Shown piece by piece: positions 7,928 to 19,515 of a DNA stretch of 64,000 bases. A program made the position numbers and the translations under genes. Where the stretch lies: contig JALSJI010000033.1 of assembly GCA_026989435.1 (NCBI GenBank), positions 2,560 to 66,559 of the forward strand. The letters are read 5' to 3'. Below the pieces are notes generated by a model. It saw nothing but the letters and a program-made list of their open reading frames with translations, had not been told where the DNA came from and searched no databases. The first letter of the stretch is position 1. Each line of letters opens with the position of its first letter. This DNA is from Sulfurovum sp. Lineage in GTDB: Bacteria > Campylobacterota > Campylobacteria > Campylobacterales > Sulfurovaceae.

Positions 7928-10378
7928 ATGCGTAGATTATTCAAGTATACACTCATTCTTATTCTATCTACCCTCTTTCTTTTCTTCTATTTTTTATCTA
8001 CGCAATCAGGGCAAAAAAATCTCTATAGACTTTTAGATTTATATGCTTCATACAAACTTGACATGCCTATAGAAATCCAAGAGATAAACATCTCAAAACT
8101 ACCCTACATCAAAGCAAAAGCCCTGCTTCATCAATCCTATATCACCCATATAGAAGGAACCATAAAAAACAAAAAAATGCAGCTACGATATACACTCCAC
8201 TCAAACCGCCTCATTAACAATACCTCTACATCAAACACTACTATCATGCTACAAGGTACAATAAAAGGCTGGGGAGAAAAGATAAAAATCACCGGCAGCG
8301 GTGATGCATTTGACGGTCATGTAAATTATGATTTTAAAAAAGAGAACAAACGCTACAAAGATATACATCTAAAGATAGACGATATCAATATTTCTAAACT
8401 TGCCAGAGTTTTAGATCGAAATATCTATGCTAACAACACAATAAGTGCCCTAGTAAATTTTGATACCCTCAATGATAAAAAAGAGAGATTTGATATCACT
8501 ATACATCCTAAACACAACAAACCTTTCACAATAACAGGAACCGTACACCATGAAGATAAAAATAGACAAATAAGAGGCGATGCTACACTCTTTCAAGGCA
8601 AAGTTATTTTTAAATATAAGCGGGATAAACTCTACGTGGATTTAAAAAATATCTCCTTAAGATTACTAATGAATACTTTTGAGTTCCCTGCCATACTTGA
8701 TAGCAACATTACCGGTAAAGGTATTTATAATCTCACAAAAAAGAGCCTAGAACTCAATACGACACTACCTCGGGCAACCCTACTTCCCTCTGCATTTTTA
8801 AAGAGTCTAGAAGAAAAAACCTCCCTATCACTCCAAAAAGAGATATTTGACAACAGTACTCTATCACTAAAGCTCAACAATAATCTACTCTCCTCCAAAC
8901 TTACTCTTGCAAACAAAAAGATGCATCTAAAACTTCATGATACCGTTTTTAACAAGAACTACAATAGTCTGCGTACACATATAGATATTCAAATGCCAAA
9001 ACATTCTCTCAAAGGCACCCTCTTTATAAGAGACACCGGAATACAAACATCTCTATTTCAAGAATCCTATCTTAGCTTTAATGGTCTTATTCAACAACAT
9101 TATCATCTTAAGCTTGACGGCATTCTTTCACAATCATTTATCAACATTGCATACAATCTAGCTGCCAAACGTCTGCCGGGTCCTAGCGTTACCATTGTAG
9201 ACGATATCAATCTCTCAGGACATATCAACGGGGATTATACACAACTACATTTCTCCGGAAAAGGTATGGCGATGGAAGGCAATGTCACATTCAAAGGGAT
9301 CAAAGAGAAAGAGCATATAGAAAACCTCATGCTTGGTTTCCATCATATCCATGCTCTCAAACTCTTTACACTGCTTGGTAAACCTGATTTTCCTAACGGT
9401 AAGGCAGATCTTAATGCTTCACTCTCCTATATTGACGCAAAACAAATTCATGGTAAAATAGATTTTTTACTAAAAAACGGCCATTATAAAACCCTCCCGC
9501 TACACCTTAAAGTACAAGCCTCCGTAAACAAAGAGCAGATTACTTTTACTTCGCATGCCAAACTCGCTACGGCAGATATCAATATCAGCAACGGAATGTA
9601 TAAATTTAAAACAGGCACATACAAGTCGTTCTATACAGTTCGCACTAACAATCTAGCACCTTTAGAACCCCTTATTGGAAAATACAGAGGCAAATTTAGT
9701 GCAACAGGGAATATCTATTACAACGGTGGCGTTCAAATTCGTGGACTCAGTCCGACATTCGGAGGTATCGTAGACTTCCTCTATAAAGAGAATATGCTCT
9801 ATATTGATTTAGAAAAGGTTTCACTCAATCGGCTTATGAACCTTTTTGACTCTCCTAAGATGCTCGATGCCCAGGTAAACGGAAATATAAATTATAACTA
9901 TACAAAAGAGCAGCTTCTTTTCCGTGCGGATTTAAATAACTCTATATTTTTAAAATCAGACCTCGTAGATACAGTATTTAAAAAATCCGGTATTAATATG
10001 CTCAAAGAGGTATTCCCCAACAGTAGACTCTTCGCCATCTATCAGCACAACATCCTCGCAGGTGACCTGATACTTCAAAATAAGCAGAGCCATTTCATTA
10101 TAAAAAATACCCAAATTAATACCAAAAAAAACGATATCAATGCCCATTTTAATCTGCGAATGCAAGGACAGGCATTCTCGGGAAGGGTCTATGGAAATAT
10201 AGAAAATCCCCAAATAAAACTGGATTTAAAGAAACTCATCCGCTACCAAATGGATAAACAGGTAGACTCCGTCATAGGTAAACACAACAGAGAACTCATG
10301 GAAAGTATGCCTATGGGCGACGTGGCCAAAGATATGGCCACGGACATGGGAGCAGAATTAATGGATATGTTTTTCTAA
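7928..10378 (+). CDS. Large membrane-anchored beta-rich periplasmic protein with internal duplication (AsmA-like)
   Basis: N-terminal TM helix; alternating hydrophobic beta-strand pattern; C-terminal GRVYGNIENPQIKLD; two homologous halves. Confidence 0.6.
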   Translation: MRRLFKYTLILILSTLFLFFYFLSTQSGQKNLYRLLDLYASYKLDMPIEIQEINISKLPYIKAKALLHQSYITHIEGTIKNKKMQLRYTLHSNRLINNTSTSNTTIMLQGTIKGWGEKIKITGSGDAFDGHVNYDFKKENKRYKDIHLKIDDINISKLARVLDRNIYANNTISALVNFDTLNDKKERFDITIHPKHNKPFTITGTVHHEDKNRQIRGDATLFQGKVIFKYKRDKLYVDLKNISLRLLMNTFEFPAILDSNITGKGIYNLTKKSLELNTTLPRATLLPSAFLKSLEEKTSLSLQKEIFDNSTLSLKLNNNLLSSKLTLANKKMHLKLHDTVFNKNYNSLRTHIDIQMPKHSLKGTLFIRDTGIQTSLFQESYLSFNGLIQQHYHLKLDGILSQSFINIAYNLAAKRLPGPSVTIVDDINLSGHINGDYTQLHFSGKGMAMEGNVTFKGIKEKEHIENLMLGFHHIHALKLFTLLGKPDFPNGKADLNASLSYIDAKQIHGKIDFLLKNGHYKTLPLHLKVQASVNKEQITFTSHAKLATADINISNGMYKFKTGTYKSFYTVRTNNLAPLEPLIGKYRGKFSATGNIYYNGGVQIRGLSPTFGGIVDFLYKENMLYIDLEKVSLNRLMNLFDSPKMLDAQVNGNINYNYTKEQLLFRADLNNSIFLKSDLVDTVFKKSGINMLKEVFPNSRLFAIYQHNILAGDLILQNKQSHFIIKNTQINTKKNDINAHFNLRMQGQAFSGRVYGNIENPQIKLDLKKLIRYQMDKQVDSVIGKHNRELMESMPMGDVAKDMATDMGAELMDMFF

Positions 10379-10401
10379 ATAGATAATATACTCAAAGGTT
10401 T

Positions 10402-11355
10402 TTAAAGTCTTTGGGGCATCTCATCTTTAAAAGCAATAGACTCAGCCTTTTCTAAAATCTCCAATGCTCCCTTATCTATCATCTCTTGAGCTAATTGTCT
10501 GCCCAAAGTCTCACATGCATTTACTTTTGCCCTAAGCTCTTTTTGCATGATATGCGTACCGTCCGGGTAACCTAACATTGTTTTTATACAAATATCCTCA
10601 CCTTCTATGGTGGCATTTACTGCAACAGGAGCAGAACACCCCGCTCCAATGGCAGCAATAAAATCACGTTCAAGTTTGGTACAGAGAAATGTATCTTCAT
10701 CATTCAAACTCATGGCTATTTTTCGTACCTTCTCATCTGAACTGATTATCTCTATACCTAAAGATGCCTGTCCCATAGGCGGAATAAAGAAATCTAGTTT
10801 TTCTACATAGGGAATCTCTTGAAGCAAGTCAAGTCTATAAAGACCAATATATGCAAGAACAATCGCATCATACTCACCCTCTTTGAGCTTACGTAGTCTC
10901 GTATTGACATTGCCTCTAAGCTCTTTTATATTAAGATCCGGACGAGATTGAAGAAGTTGCATACGTCTACGTAAACTTGTCGTTCCCACCGTAGCACCCT
11001 GCGGCAAATCATCTAAATTTTTATACCAATGAGAGAGAAGTACATCACTTTGATCTTGTCGTGCGGTTATTGCACAAAGTTCCAAACCCTCAGGAATATA
11101 GGTAGGCACGTCTTTCAAAGAGTGCACTGCCATATGTGCATTGCCTGCGAGCATTTCATCCTCTAGCTCTTTAGTAAAGTGACCCTTGCCTCCTATGAGA
11201 GCTAGAGGCTTATCGAGTACCTTATCTCCCTTAGAAGTAATTCTATTTAATTCAACACCTATTTCCGCAAAAGTACTTTCAATACGATCTTTTATATGGT
11301 ACGCTTGCCAAAGGGCCAGTTCACTAGCCCTTGTAGCGATAATCAATTTTTGCAC
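10402..11355 (-). CDS. hemC: Hydroxymethylbilane synthase
   Basis: IATRASELALWQA, GGKGHFTKELE, AVHSLKDVP, GTTSLRR, GAGCSAP. Confidence 0.97.
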   Translation of the reverse strand: MQKLIIATRASELALWQAYHIKDRIESTFAEIGVELNRITSKGDKVLDKPLALIGGKGHFTKELEDEMLAGNAHMAVHSLKDVPTYIPEGLELCAITARQDQSDVLLSHWYKNLDDLPQGATVGTTSLRRRMQLLQSRPDLNIKELRGNVNTRLRKLKEGEYDAIVLAYIGLYRLDLLQEIPYVEKLDFFIPPMGQASLGIEIISSDEKVRKIAMSLNDEDTFLCTKLERDFIAAIGAGCSAPVAVNATIEGEDICIKTMLGYPDGTHIMQKELRAKVNACETLGRQLAQEMIDKGALEILEKAESIAFKDEMPQRL

Positions 11356-11390
11356 TATACTACTCTACTTTACACCTATCATAAAACCTA

Positions 11391-12224
11391 TTAAAGCTTT
11401 TTATATCCATCACGCATCTTGTCCCATACCCCATCTATATAGATAGTAGGTGTACCGTTTACCATCATTTTCCCGGCTGCTTTCTCATCTGCTTTGATTG
11501 CTTCTTTTGTCTTTTTGGCATCTATCTTTTGAATGTCTGCTTCATAACCTGTATGCTTTTTTACCGCCTCTACAATTTTTTTTGTATCTGTCTCTCTAGG
11601 ATTGATTTTAAGCGTATAGATTTTCTCTACTACATCCGCTTTACCCTCATGCTGTGCCACATGCATAATACGGGTTAAAACATCAGAGATCGGATGAATA
11701 CGTAAGAGCGGCAAATGGTAGTAGTAGAGCGCTATCTTATCAGGGTTCTTTTTGGCCGCCTTAAAGAGTTCCGGTACGACCTCCTGGCAAAAGGGACACT
11801 GAGGATCTGAAAAAACCACTATTTTATGTGCGGCATTTTTATTCCCAAAGAGCAGATGTGCCTCATCATAATAGGAGTCTGGCATGGTAGGCTTGATATT
11901 CTCTCTATAGTTAAACCCTGTTTTTAAATTGACCAAGTGGCCTGTAATCAATCCATCTTTAACAAACATTGTCTCAGGTGCATGTATCTCCTTCCCTTGA
12001 TACTCCAAATCCATCGTAGTCAAAAGTATATTCCAGCCGGGCAGATCTTTATGGCTCTTTGACTCAATAACCGTAACACCATTGACCTTGACTTGTGGAT
12101 TTTTAACCACATTTTTTTTCACATATTTTAACAGTAGTGTCTGCTCAGGTACGGCTGTAGCATTAAGCCCTATGCTCATCAGAGCCGTACTCATCAATAA
12201 TTTCGACGTCAATGACATTTTCAT
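11391..12224 (-). CDS. Periplasmic Dsb-family thiol:disulfide oxidoreductase
   Basis: Signal peptide; FSDPQCPFC; cis-Pro loop GTPT. Confidence 0.85.
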   Translation of the reverse strand: MKMSLTSKLLMSTALMSIGLNATAVPEQTLLLKYVKKNVVKNPQVKVNGVTVIESKSHKDLPGWNILLTTMDLEYQGKEIHAPETMFVKDGLITGHLVNLKTGFNYRENIKPTMPDSYYDEAHLLFGNKNAAHKIVVFSDPQCPFCQEVVPELFKAAKKNPDKIALYYYHLPLLRIHPISDVLTRIMHVAQHEGKADVVEKIYTLKINPRETDTKKIVEAVKKHTGYEADIQKIDAKKTKEAIKADEKAAGKMMVNGTPTIYIDGVWDKMRDGYKKL

Positions 12225-12588
12225 CTCCTTGTTTTTTAAAGTTTGGATATCTCTCTTTAGGCGTTATTATAGCAATAAATTGTAAATAGAACGAATACCC
12301 TAATGCCGCAAGACCCAAAAAATCAGAAAAGACCCCCGGGACAATAAGTAAAACGGCTGCAATCAAATACGCCATGCTTGCATTTTGAAACCCTCTAATA
12401 TCGACTTTCCCCTCTCTCATAGCCTTTATATTACCCATCATCGCCAAAGGGGAGCGTCGAAGCAGTACTATTCCCAAGGCAAAACTAAGCACTATCCATA
12501 TCACAGAGAAGAAAAAACCGATACTCTCTCCTACCTTTAAAGAGAAATAAAGTTCAAAAAGAAAAAAAGGAATAAGTAAAAATATCAA
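12163..12588 (-). CDS. fxsA: FxsA family membrane protein
   Basis: [13 protein letters not shown] and C-terminal VIDVEII. Confidence 0.8.
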   Translation of the reverse strand: MIFLLIPFFLFELYFSLKVGESIGFFFSVIWIVLSFALGIVLLRRSPLAMMGNIKAMREGKVDIRGFQNASMAYLIAAVLLIVPGVFSDFLGLAALGYSFYLQFIAIITPKERYPNFKKQGDENVIDVEIIDEYGSDEHRA

Positions 12589-14120
12589 GATAAAACTCTC
12601 TTTTCCACAAATAAGCTAAGATCCTCAATACCTACTTCCTCCTTTACCATACCCTCTCTTGTTATAAATTCTACTTTTCCCTCGGGCAGATTTTTGCCCA
12701 TCACTACGGCATAAGGAATACCGATAAGTTCATAGTCTCTCATTTTTGATCCAAACCTCTTTGTACGATCATCAAAGAGCACTTCAATCCCTTTTTCTCT
12801 CATCTCATAATAAAGTTTTTCTCCCCATGCCTTCTGTGCTTCATCTTTCATATTTGCTACAATAATCTGCACAATAAAAGGGGCACACTCCCGTGTCCAT
12901 ATACACCCTCTCTCATCATGGTTTTGTTCAATAATCGCTGCAAGCAAACGACTAACACCTATTCCGTAAGTACCCATAACCATAGGTACCGACTTGCCAT
13001 TTTCGTCTAAAAAATGACATCCTAAAGCCTCCGAGTATCGTGTGCCAAGTTGAAAAATATGCCCTACCTCTATACCTTTAGTATATCGTAATACGCCACC
13101 GCAATGCACACACCGGTCTCCTTCTTTGACAGAGGAAATATCCTCATAAAAGATCTCTTTGGCATCAAAGTCATGAGGATCTACTGCTGCACCAAGACTC
13201 TGCTCTATCACCACGATAGGGGCTTGTGCACTCTCATCACTTACACTCAAGTCGTTTGCACCTACTGCTTTGCATGCTTTAACTTCCTGAAGCTCTGCTC
13301 CCTCAGGTAGAACAAAAGCAATAACCTTACTTTTTCCTTCATCGTAGTGTGCTTTCATCTTCACAGATATATAGGTCACACCCTCATCATAAACTTTTGG
13401 CTCTGCTACGGCTGCTTCTATATTTGCACCATACTCACAACTCTCACATATAACAATAGTATCTTCACCCGAGTCTGCGAGTACCATAAACTCTTTGCTC
13501 CCTGTACCGCCAATTGCACCTGAGTCTGCCTCTACTACCCTAAAATCAACTCCAAGCCGTGTGAAAATTGTTTTATAGGTCTCTTCCATATGGGCAAACT
13601 CTCTTTGCATATCCTCCCTATTTACGTGAAAACTATAACCATCCTTCATCAAAAATTCTCTCCCTCTCATGAGACCGAATCTTGGTCGTATCTCATCTCT
13701 AAATTTAAGATTAATTTGATACAAATGTAAAGGAAGTTGCTTATAACTTTTAACGGTACGACGTATCAGATTTACCATCATCTCTTCATGCGTAGGACCG
13801 AGTACAAAATTATTCTCTTTTCTATCTTTAAATCGCAAAAGTTCTCTGCCGTACTTCTCTAGGCGTCCACTCTCCCTCCATAAACTCTCAGGAGTTACAA
13901 AAGAGAGTGCGACTTCTTGACATCCCGCTCTATCGAGCTCCTCTTTCACAACAAATCTTATCTTGTCAAGCACCTTTTTCCCAAGAGGCAAAAAATTGTA
14001 AAGTCCTGAATCGCCAACCGAATCGATAAACCCTCCGCGTAGCAAATAAATATGGCTTGCCAAGCTTGCATCACCGGGTGTCTCTTTGCTTGTAGGTATA
14101 AGTAGTGTTGAGAATTTCAC
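12585..14120 (-). CDS. proS: Proline--tRNA ligase with shortened insertion (editing) domain
   Basis: [53 protein letters not shown]; GTG start. Confidence 0.97.
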   Translation of the reverse strand: MKFSTLLIPTSKETPGDASLASHIYLLRGGFIDSVGDSGLYNFLPLGKKVLDKIRFVVKEELDRAGCQEVALSFVTPESLWRESGRLEKYGRELLRFKDRKENNFVLGPTHEEMMVNLIRRTVKSYKQLPLHLYQINLKFRDEIRPRFGLMRGREFLMKDGYSFHVNREDMQREFAHMEETYKTIFTRLGVDFRVVEADSGAIGGTGSKEFMVLADSGEDTIVICESCEYGANIEAAVAEPKVYDEGVTYISVKMKAHYDEGKSKVIAFVLPEGAELQEVKACKAVGANDLSVSDESAQAPIVVIEQSLGAAVDPHDFDAKEIFYEDISSVKEGDRCVHCGGVLRYTKGIEVGHIFQLGTRYSEALGCHFLDENGKSVPMVMGTYGIGVSRLLAAIIEQNHDERGCIWTRECAPFIVQIIVANMKDEAQKAWGEKLYYEMREKGIEVLFDDRTKRFGSKMRDYELIGIPYAVVMGKNLPEGKVEFITREGMVKEEVGIEDLSLFVEKRVLS

Positions 14121-15424
14121 GCGCTGTATCCTTTACTGTGGTGATCATTTTTATATTGTTTGAGATCAATATGGTCTGTATCGAGATTAAACATCTCTTT
14201 AATCGACTCAATATAGTTTGCATGATGCTCCTCTTTAGAGGATTTTCGTAAGTTTTGTGTCGGATCATGTAAAAAACGATTAAACATCTGTTCTGCCATT
14301 TTACGCATATTCTGCTCATATGCACCGGGAACAAAACCTTTTTTAATGGCCCTTTTCACCTCTGTATCAATTGCCTGTGAGACCTGTTTTCTCATCTGTT
14401 TAATGACCGGCTCAACCGACAAAGTTCGAAGCCACTTATAAAACTCATCTCTATACTGTTCTACAATCTCAGCAGCCTTCACTGCCTGCTCTTCACGTAA
14501 AGCATGATTGTTTTGGGAAATAGCCCTTAAATCGTCTATCCTGTAAAGTGTAATATTTTTAAGCGCAATATCCTCTATATCACGAGGAATCGCCATATCA
14601 AACCAGAGTCTAGGTAGTGCATCATTCTCTATCATCTCCTCTTTTATGAGCACCTCTTGTGCAGAAGTTGCACTAAAGAGCAGTCGGTAACGGTTAAGGT
14701 ATTTCTTCAGTTTATCTATACTATCGGCTTTCACATTTTCACCCAATTTTGTCGCCACAGCTTCTACCTTATCCATATCCCTTCCCAACAATACCACGTC
14801 ACACCCTGAACGAAGCAGATGCTTTGCAGCCAATACACCCATCTCTCCCGCACCCACTACGACGGCTGTCATTCCTGCAATGGTCTCGCCTAAAATATCA
14901 TGTGCCTGTGCTACAGCCACTGAGGCTATAGAGATAGGTTTTTGAGAAATGCGAGTCATATTTCGTACCTCCGCCGCACACTTCATTGCATAAGATATGA
15001 TACGATTTAGTTTGTTACCTGCCGTTTCATTACGATGCGAAAGCATAAACGCCTCTTTCACCTGTCCCGTAATTTGAGATTCACCCACAACCAAAGAGTC
15101 TAAAGAAGAGACTACGGAGAATATATGTCCCACTGCCTCTTCATCATCATAACGCTTGGCTAAAGATTTAAGTTCATAAAAATTCAACTTGCTTTTTTGT
15201 GCCATCAATCCCAAAATAGCATGATAGGAGGAGAAGTTATCCCGTGTTGCGACGACAATCTCCACGCGATTACATGTAGAGACGATAAAAGCCTCATGGA
15301 TAAAATCAAAAGCACAAAGCAGATCAAGCATTTCAACCTGCTCATTATCGCTTGTAAAAGCCAGTTTTTCACGTACTTCCTGCCGGCAATTGTGATGCGA
15401 AAAGCTTACAACAAGATAATACAC
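14117..15424 (-). CDS. hemA: Glutamyl-tRNA reductase
   Basis: [38 protein letters not shown]. Confidence 0.97.
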   Translation of the reverse strand: MYYLVVSFSHHNCRQEVREKLAFTSDNEQVEMLDLLCAFDFIHEAFIVSTCNRVEIVVATRDNFSSYHAILGLMAQKSKLNFYELKSLAKRYDDEEAVGHIFSVVSSLDSLVVGESQITGQVKEAFMLSHRNETAGNKLNRIISYAMKCAAEVRNMTRISQKPISIASVAVAQAHDILGETIAGMTAVVVGAGEMGVLAAKHLLRSGCDVVLLGRDMDKVEAVATKLGENVKADSIDKLKKYLNRYRLLFSATSAQEVLIKEEMIENDALPRLWFDMAIPRDIEDIALKNITLYRIDDLRAISQNNHALREEQAVKAAEIVEQYRDEFYKWLRTLSVEPVIKQMRKQVSQAIDTEVKRAIKKGFVPGAYEQNMRKMAEQMFNRFLHDPTQNLRKSSKEEHHANYIESIKEMFNLDTDHIDLKQYKNDHHSKGYSA

Positions 15425-16335
15425 TAAAAACTCCTCTCTATCATAGCTCTGGCAATATCGCTTAACTCTGCCTCACCTTTTTCATTCATAAGTAACACTG
15501 CTTCATCGATAAGCTCTTTTGCCTCTTTATAGCTTTTTTCAATAATACCATGCTTGTGCATTTGCTCCTTAATCCAATTCTGCTCCTCTTGTAAAAGATT
15601 TTTTTTATGTAAAGAGAGAAGTTTTTCTGCATCATCACTGCCTAAAACCTCATAGAGATAGATATAAGGAAGTGTCGTTTTACCCTCTTTAAAATCATGC
15701 ATTGCAGGTTTCCCAAGGGTTTTGGTATCCATCGTGATATCCAGCAAATCATCTATCATTTGAAATGCCATACCTAAATTTCTGCCATAAGTCATATAGA
15801 CTTCTTTCTCCTTACCGGCAAGCAAAGCAGCAGCTCCGGCACTCGCTTCCATCAAAGAGGCCGTTTTTTGATAAATCATCTGAAGATAGCTCTCCTTATC
15901 GGTATGAAAAGCTGCAGAGAGCGAAACATCTTTTAACTCTCCTAGACTCAACTGCACAACAGCCCCGGAGACCATTTTTGATATCTCCAAAGAGATACTG
16001 TTTAACTCTAAAAATCCTTTCGCATAGAGAATATCACCTAACATAATAGCTGTTTTATTACCGTAAAGTGCATTGAGTGAAGGTCTGGAACGACGCATAT
16101 ATGCCTCATCTATCACATCATCATGCAACAAACTTGCCGCATGTATCATCTCGATAATGGCAGCCGTTTTTATCACAGATAAAGAGTCTCCGGCTATTTT
16201 TAAAATCAGTTTTGCACGCAGTCTCTTGCCGTAAGGGAGTTTCTCGTAAAGCATTTTAACTGCCCTCTCGTCCAAATCTGCCATATATTGTTCTATTTTT
16301 CTCTCTACTGCACTCAACACAGCCTTATCCTTCAA
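15424..16335 (-). CDS. Long-chain polyprenyl diphosphate synthase (IspB-like)
   Basis: GKRLR, LLHDDVID, FQMIDDLLD, LGKP. Confidence 0.92.
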   Translation of the reverse strand: MKDKAVLSAVERKIEQYMADLDERAVKMLYEKLPYGKRLRAKLILKIAGDSLSVIKTAAIIEMIHAASLLHDDVIDEAYMRRSRPSLNALYGNKTAIMLGDILYAKGFLELNSISLEISKMVSGAVVQLSLGELKDVSLSAAFHTDKESYLQMIYQKTASLMEASAGAAALLAGKEKEVYMTYGRNLGMAFQMIDDLLDITMDTKTLGKPAMHDFKEGKTTLPYIYLYEVLGSDDAEKLLSLHKKNLLQEEQNWIKEQMHKHGIIEKSYKEAKELIDEAVLLMNEKGEAELSDIARAMIERSF

Positions 16336-16380
16336 CCACTAAAATTCACTTTAAGATGGATCATTATAACGAAATTCTTG

Positions 16381-19300
16381 TTAGCCCTTCTCTTTGATTC
16401 TGTAAATCACTGCATACATCAAAGGTACATAGTAGAGATTCAACACAGTTGCCCACGCTATGCCAAAACCAAGACTAATAGCCATAGGCTGTAAAATCAA
16501 TGCTTGACCCGATGCAAAAAACATTAAAGAGGATAATCCCAAAACCGTAGTCACAGAGGTCAATAATATAGGACGTAATCGCATTCCTGCTTTCTGCTTA
16601 ATCTCCTCGTAACTTTTGCTTCCCTTAATAAAATCCAACATAATCAAGCCGTCATTGACAACCACACCTGCTAATCCGATAAGCCCCATTATTCCTGGCA
16701 TTGTCAAATGTATTCCCATAAGATAGGTACCTAAAAGTGCACCAAACATCGATAGAGGTATAATAGAGAGAATAATCAAAGGCAGCACCAAAGAGTTAAA
16801 CATCCAAACCAACGTGACAAATATAAGAAATAACGCTATAAGCAATGCCTGAGTCATCTCTTTTTTTAATTTGGCATTCTCCTTCTCCTCCCCCTTAATC
16901 ACCAATTTTACTCCTCTCTCTTTTATTCTATCCAATAGAGGTTTTATCCGATCCATCACTTCAACCGGCGTAATGATCTTTTTATCAACCCCGGCAAACA
17001 GTGTACGTACTTTCTCTCCATCCTCTTTAAAAATTTTGACAAAACTCTTTTGATAGAAAAAATCGCATACCTCAGACAAACGTACCCTCTTCTCCCCGTC
17101 AGGCGTACTCAGTTGAAAAGCCTCTAAAGCTGAAGCATCCTGTTTATAAACATCTTCTAATTTCACTCTAAGCAGGCCTTTCTCGTTAAACATCTTTGCA
17201 TATTCGGATTTTAAATAAGCCCCTTTAAGTACGGAAACGATATACCCCTCACTCAATCCCAGCGACTGACCATACTCATTGACTCTTAGTTTGAGTTCAC
17301 GCTCCCCTTCATTGGCATTGTCACCGATATCTTCCACCCCTTCAATAGTAGAGAGATTCTGTTCAACACTTCTCATTGCCTCCAGCATCACATCTTCATT
17401 GGGATGTATAAATCCAATCTCTATATCGTTACCGACAATACCTGCTTGCTGCACATAGACATTAAACTCTTCATAAAGTTTTTTGCCCTCTACCTTCCGA
17501 TCTTTGAACTTTGCAACAATTTTTTGCTGAATCTCCTTGGCAATATCCTGAGAGAGTCTTGTACGAATCATATCTGTATCATCATACTCCAGTGAAAATA
17601 TCGGATTAATATAGGTATCAAAAAAGTTTTCAGGTGCTTTTTCATGTAAATTGATAAAGATCTGAAAAAGATTCTCTCCCAATTCAAAACTCTGATCCTT
17701 GTTAAATTTAAAGCCTATGACAGATGTTACCGAATCCATCTCATTCTCGTCTAATAGTGCTAAAAGCTCTTCTTCTATCTGTGTAACATAGCGTTCTGTG
17801 TCAGCTAATTTGTTGTTGATATTGATTTTTCCGTTTAAATAGACCTGCTGGGCATCAAACTCCGGGAAAAGCTGAAATTTTGTCAATTTGACAAGAGTAA
17901 AAGTACCAAGAAAAATAATTCCTATCAACAGGAACAAAGAGCCTTTTTTATACAGTAGAAGTTTTCCTAGAAAACTCTCGTACCATCCGATAAAACGAGG
18001 CCAAAAATTTTCACTATCTCTCTTTTTTTTAAAACTGCCTATAGTATAAAGCTCTTTGGCATGCAGAGGCAAAAAATAGAATGCCTCAAATAAAGAACTT
18101 AAAAGCAATATCGAAATCATTACAGGCAACACCTGCATAAACATGCCCATTTTACCACTCATCATCAATAACGGCAAAAATGCAAAGACCGTAGTCAATG
18201 TCGCAGTGAGTACAGCAGGAAACATCTCCCTTGCGCCGTCAATGGCTGCATCTGCCGGACTCTTACCCATCTCCATATGTCTATAGATATTCTCAGCAAC
18301 CACAATAGCCTCATCAACCAGCATCCCAAGTGCAATCAATGCACCCAACAACGTAAGCATATTAAGACTATAGCCTATCATATCGGCAGCAATCAATGTA
18401 ATCATGAAACTCGCCGGAATTCCTATAGCAACAACCAAGGCAATACGTATATTGACCGACAAAAAAAGCGCTAGAAATACCAATATTAAACCAAAGAGAA
18501 TATTTGAAGAGACGAGATTCAAGCGATTTTTGATCCATATTGAAGTATCGGTATAAGCTTTAAAACGCATATGTTTATATTTCTGATTAAAAGATACCAA
18601 TACTCTGCGCACCCCTTTGCTCAAGGCAATGGCATTTCCCTCTTTGCTTTTATTGATATTTAAAGAGATATTCTGTTTTCCGTTATAGTGTGAAATTTGT
18701 GTAGGGTCTCCCAAACCATATTGAACCTTTGCAATATCCTTAAGACGAATACGTCTTGCACCGACACCCAGAAGCGTCTCCTCTAACGCTTTGGCATCTT
18801 TCTCTCCGTTAATGGTAGAGAGATAGAGATGTTCCCCCCTGCCGTCTAAAGTTCCGGCAGGGAAAATACTTGAAATGCCCGATATTGCTTGATAGACAGA
18901 TGCCTTATCCAGACCATATGCATCAAGTTTTTTCTGATCGAACCGTATCACTACCTCTTCATCTGTATCTCCGCGGATTTCTATATCACTGAGACCTTCC
19001 ATAGAAGAGAGTTTTCTTTTAAGCGTATTGGCGGCTTCAATAAGCTCTTTTTTGCTCACATCTCCTGAAACTGCCACAAGCAACAAAGGGTAATTATGTA
19101 TTGAAATGCGTGCCGTAGGCTCTTGCATATCAGAAGGCAAGTCTCGTCTGGTTTTTGCAATAATATCTTTAATCTTCGCCAGTACCAACTGCGGATTCTC
19201 ACCGGTTTTTATATCTGCCTTAAGAGTAAAACTACCATTTTGAATCACTGTATAGATTGTATCTATCTCTGAAAGATTTTTAAGTTCATCTTCTATCGTG

Positions 19301-19497
19301 CTTACCGCCATCTTATCAAGCACATCTGCACTTGCTCCTGTATATACCCCATTGACCGATATTTGATCCAGAGTAGAAGGAGGAAAAATCTCTTTGGCAA
19401 TATTCTGATAGGCAAAAAGTGAAAGCAACAGCATAAATACCATCAAAATGTGATTGATAATAGGTTTGTCTATTGCAAAACGAATAAAACTTCGCAT
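16381..19497 (-). CDS. RND efflux transporter permease (AcrB/AcrD/AcrF family)
   Basis: 1038 aa; GMLVDEAIVVAENIYR, GVVVNDG, RLRPILLTSVTT. Confidence 0.92.
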   Translation of the reverse strand: MRSFIRFAIDKPIINHILMVFMLLLSLFAYQNIAKEIFPPSTLDQISVNGVYTGASADVLDKMAVSTIEDELKNLSEIDTIYTVIQNGSFTLKADIKTGENPQLVLAKIKDIIAKTRRDLPSDMQEPTARISIHNYPLLLVAVSGDVSKKELIEAANTLKRKLSSMEGLSDIEIRGDTDEEVVIRFDQKKLDAYGLDKASVYQAISGISSIFPAGTLDGRGEHLYLSTINGEKDAKALEETLLGVGARRIRLKDIAKVQYGLGDPTQISHYNGKQNISLNINKSKEGNAIALSKGVRRVLVSFNQKYKHMRFKAYTDTSIWIKNRLNLVSSNILFGLILVFLALFLSVNIRIALVVAIGIPASFMITLIAADMIGYSLNMLTLLGALIALGMLVDEAIVVAENIYRHMEMGKSPADAAIDGAREMFPAVLTATLTTVFAFLPLLMMSGKMGMFMQVLPVMISILLLSSLFEAFYFLPLHAKELYTIGSFKKKRDSENFWPRFIGWYESFLGKLLLYKKGSLFLLIGIIFLGTFTLVKLTKFQLFPEFDAQQVYLNGKININNKLADTERYVTQIEEELLALLDENEMDSVTSVIGFKFNKDQSFELGENLFQIFINLHEKAPENFFDTYINPIFSLEYDDTDMIRTRLSQDIAKEIQQKIVAKFKDRKVEGKKLYEEFNVYVQQAGIVGNDIEIGFIHPNEDVMLEAMRSVEQNLSTIEGVEDIGDNANEGERELKLRVNEYGQSLGLSEGYIVSVLKGAYLKSEYAKMFNEKGLLRVKLEDVYKQDASALEAFQLSTPDGEKRVRLSEVCDFFYQKSFVKIFKEDGEKVRTLFAGVDKKIITPVEVMDRIKPLLDRIKERGVKLVIKGEEKENAKLKKEMTQALLIALFLIFVTLVWMFNSLVLPLIILSIIPLSMFGALLGTYLMGIHLTMPGIMGLIGLAGVVVNDGLIMLDFIKGSKSYEEIKQKAGMRLRPILLTSVTTVLGLSSLMFFASGQALILQPMAISLGFGIAWATVLNLYYVPLMYAVIYRIKEKG

Positions 19498-19515
19498 CCA
19501 TGTCCCTTAAATAAT

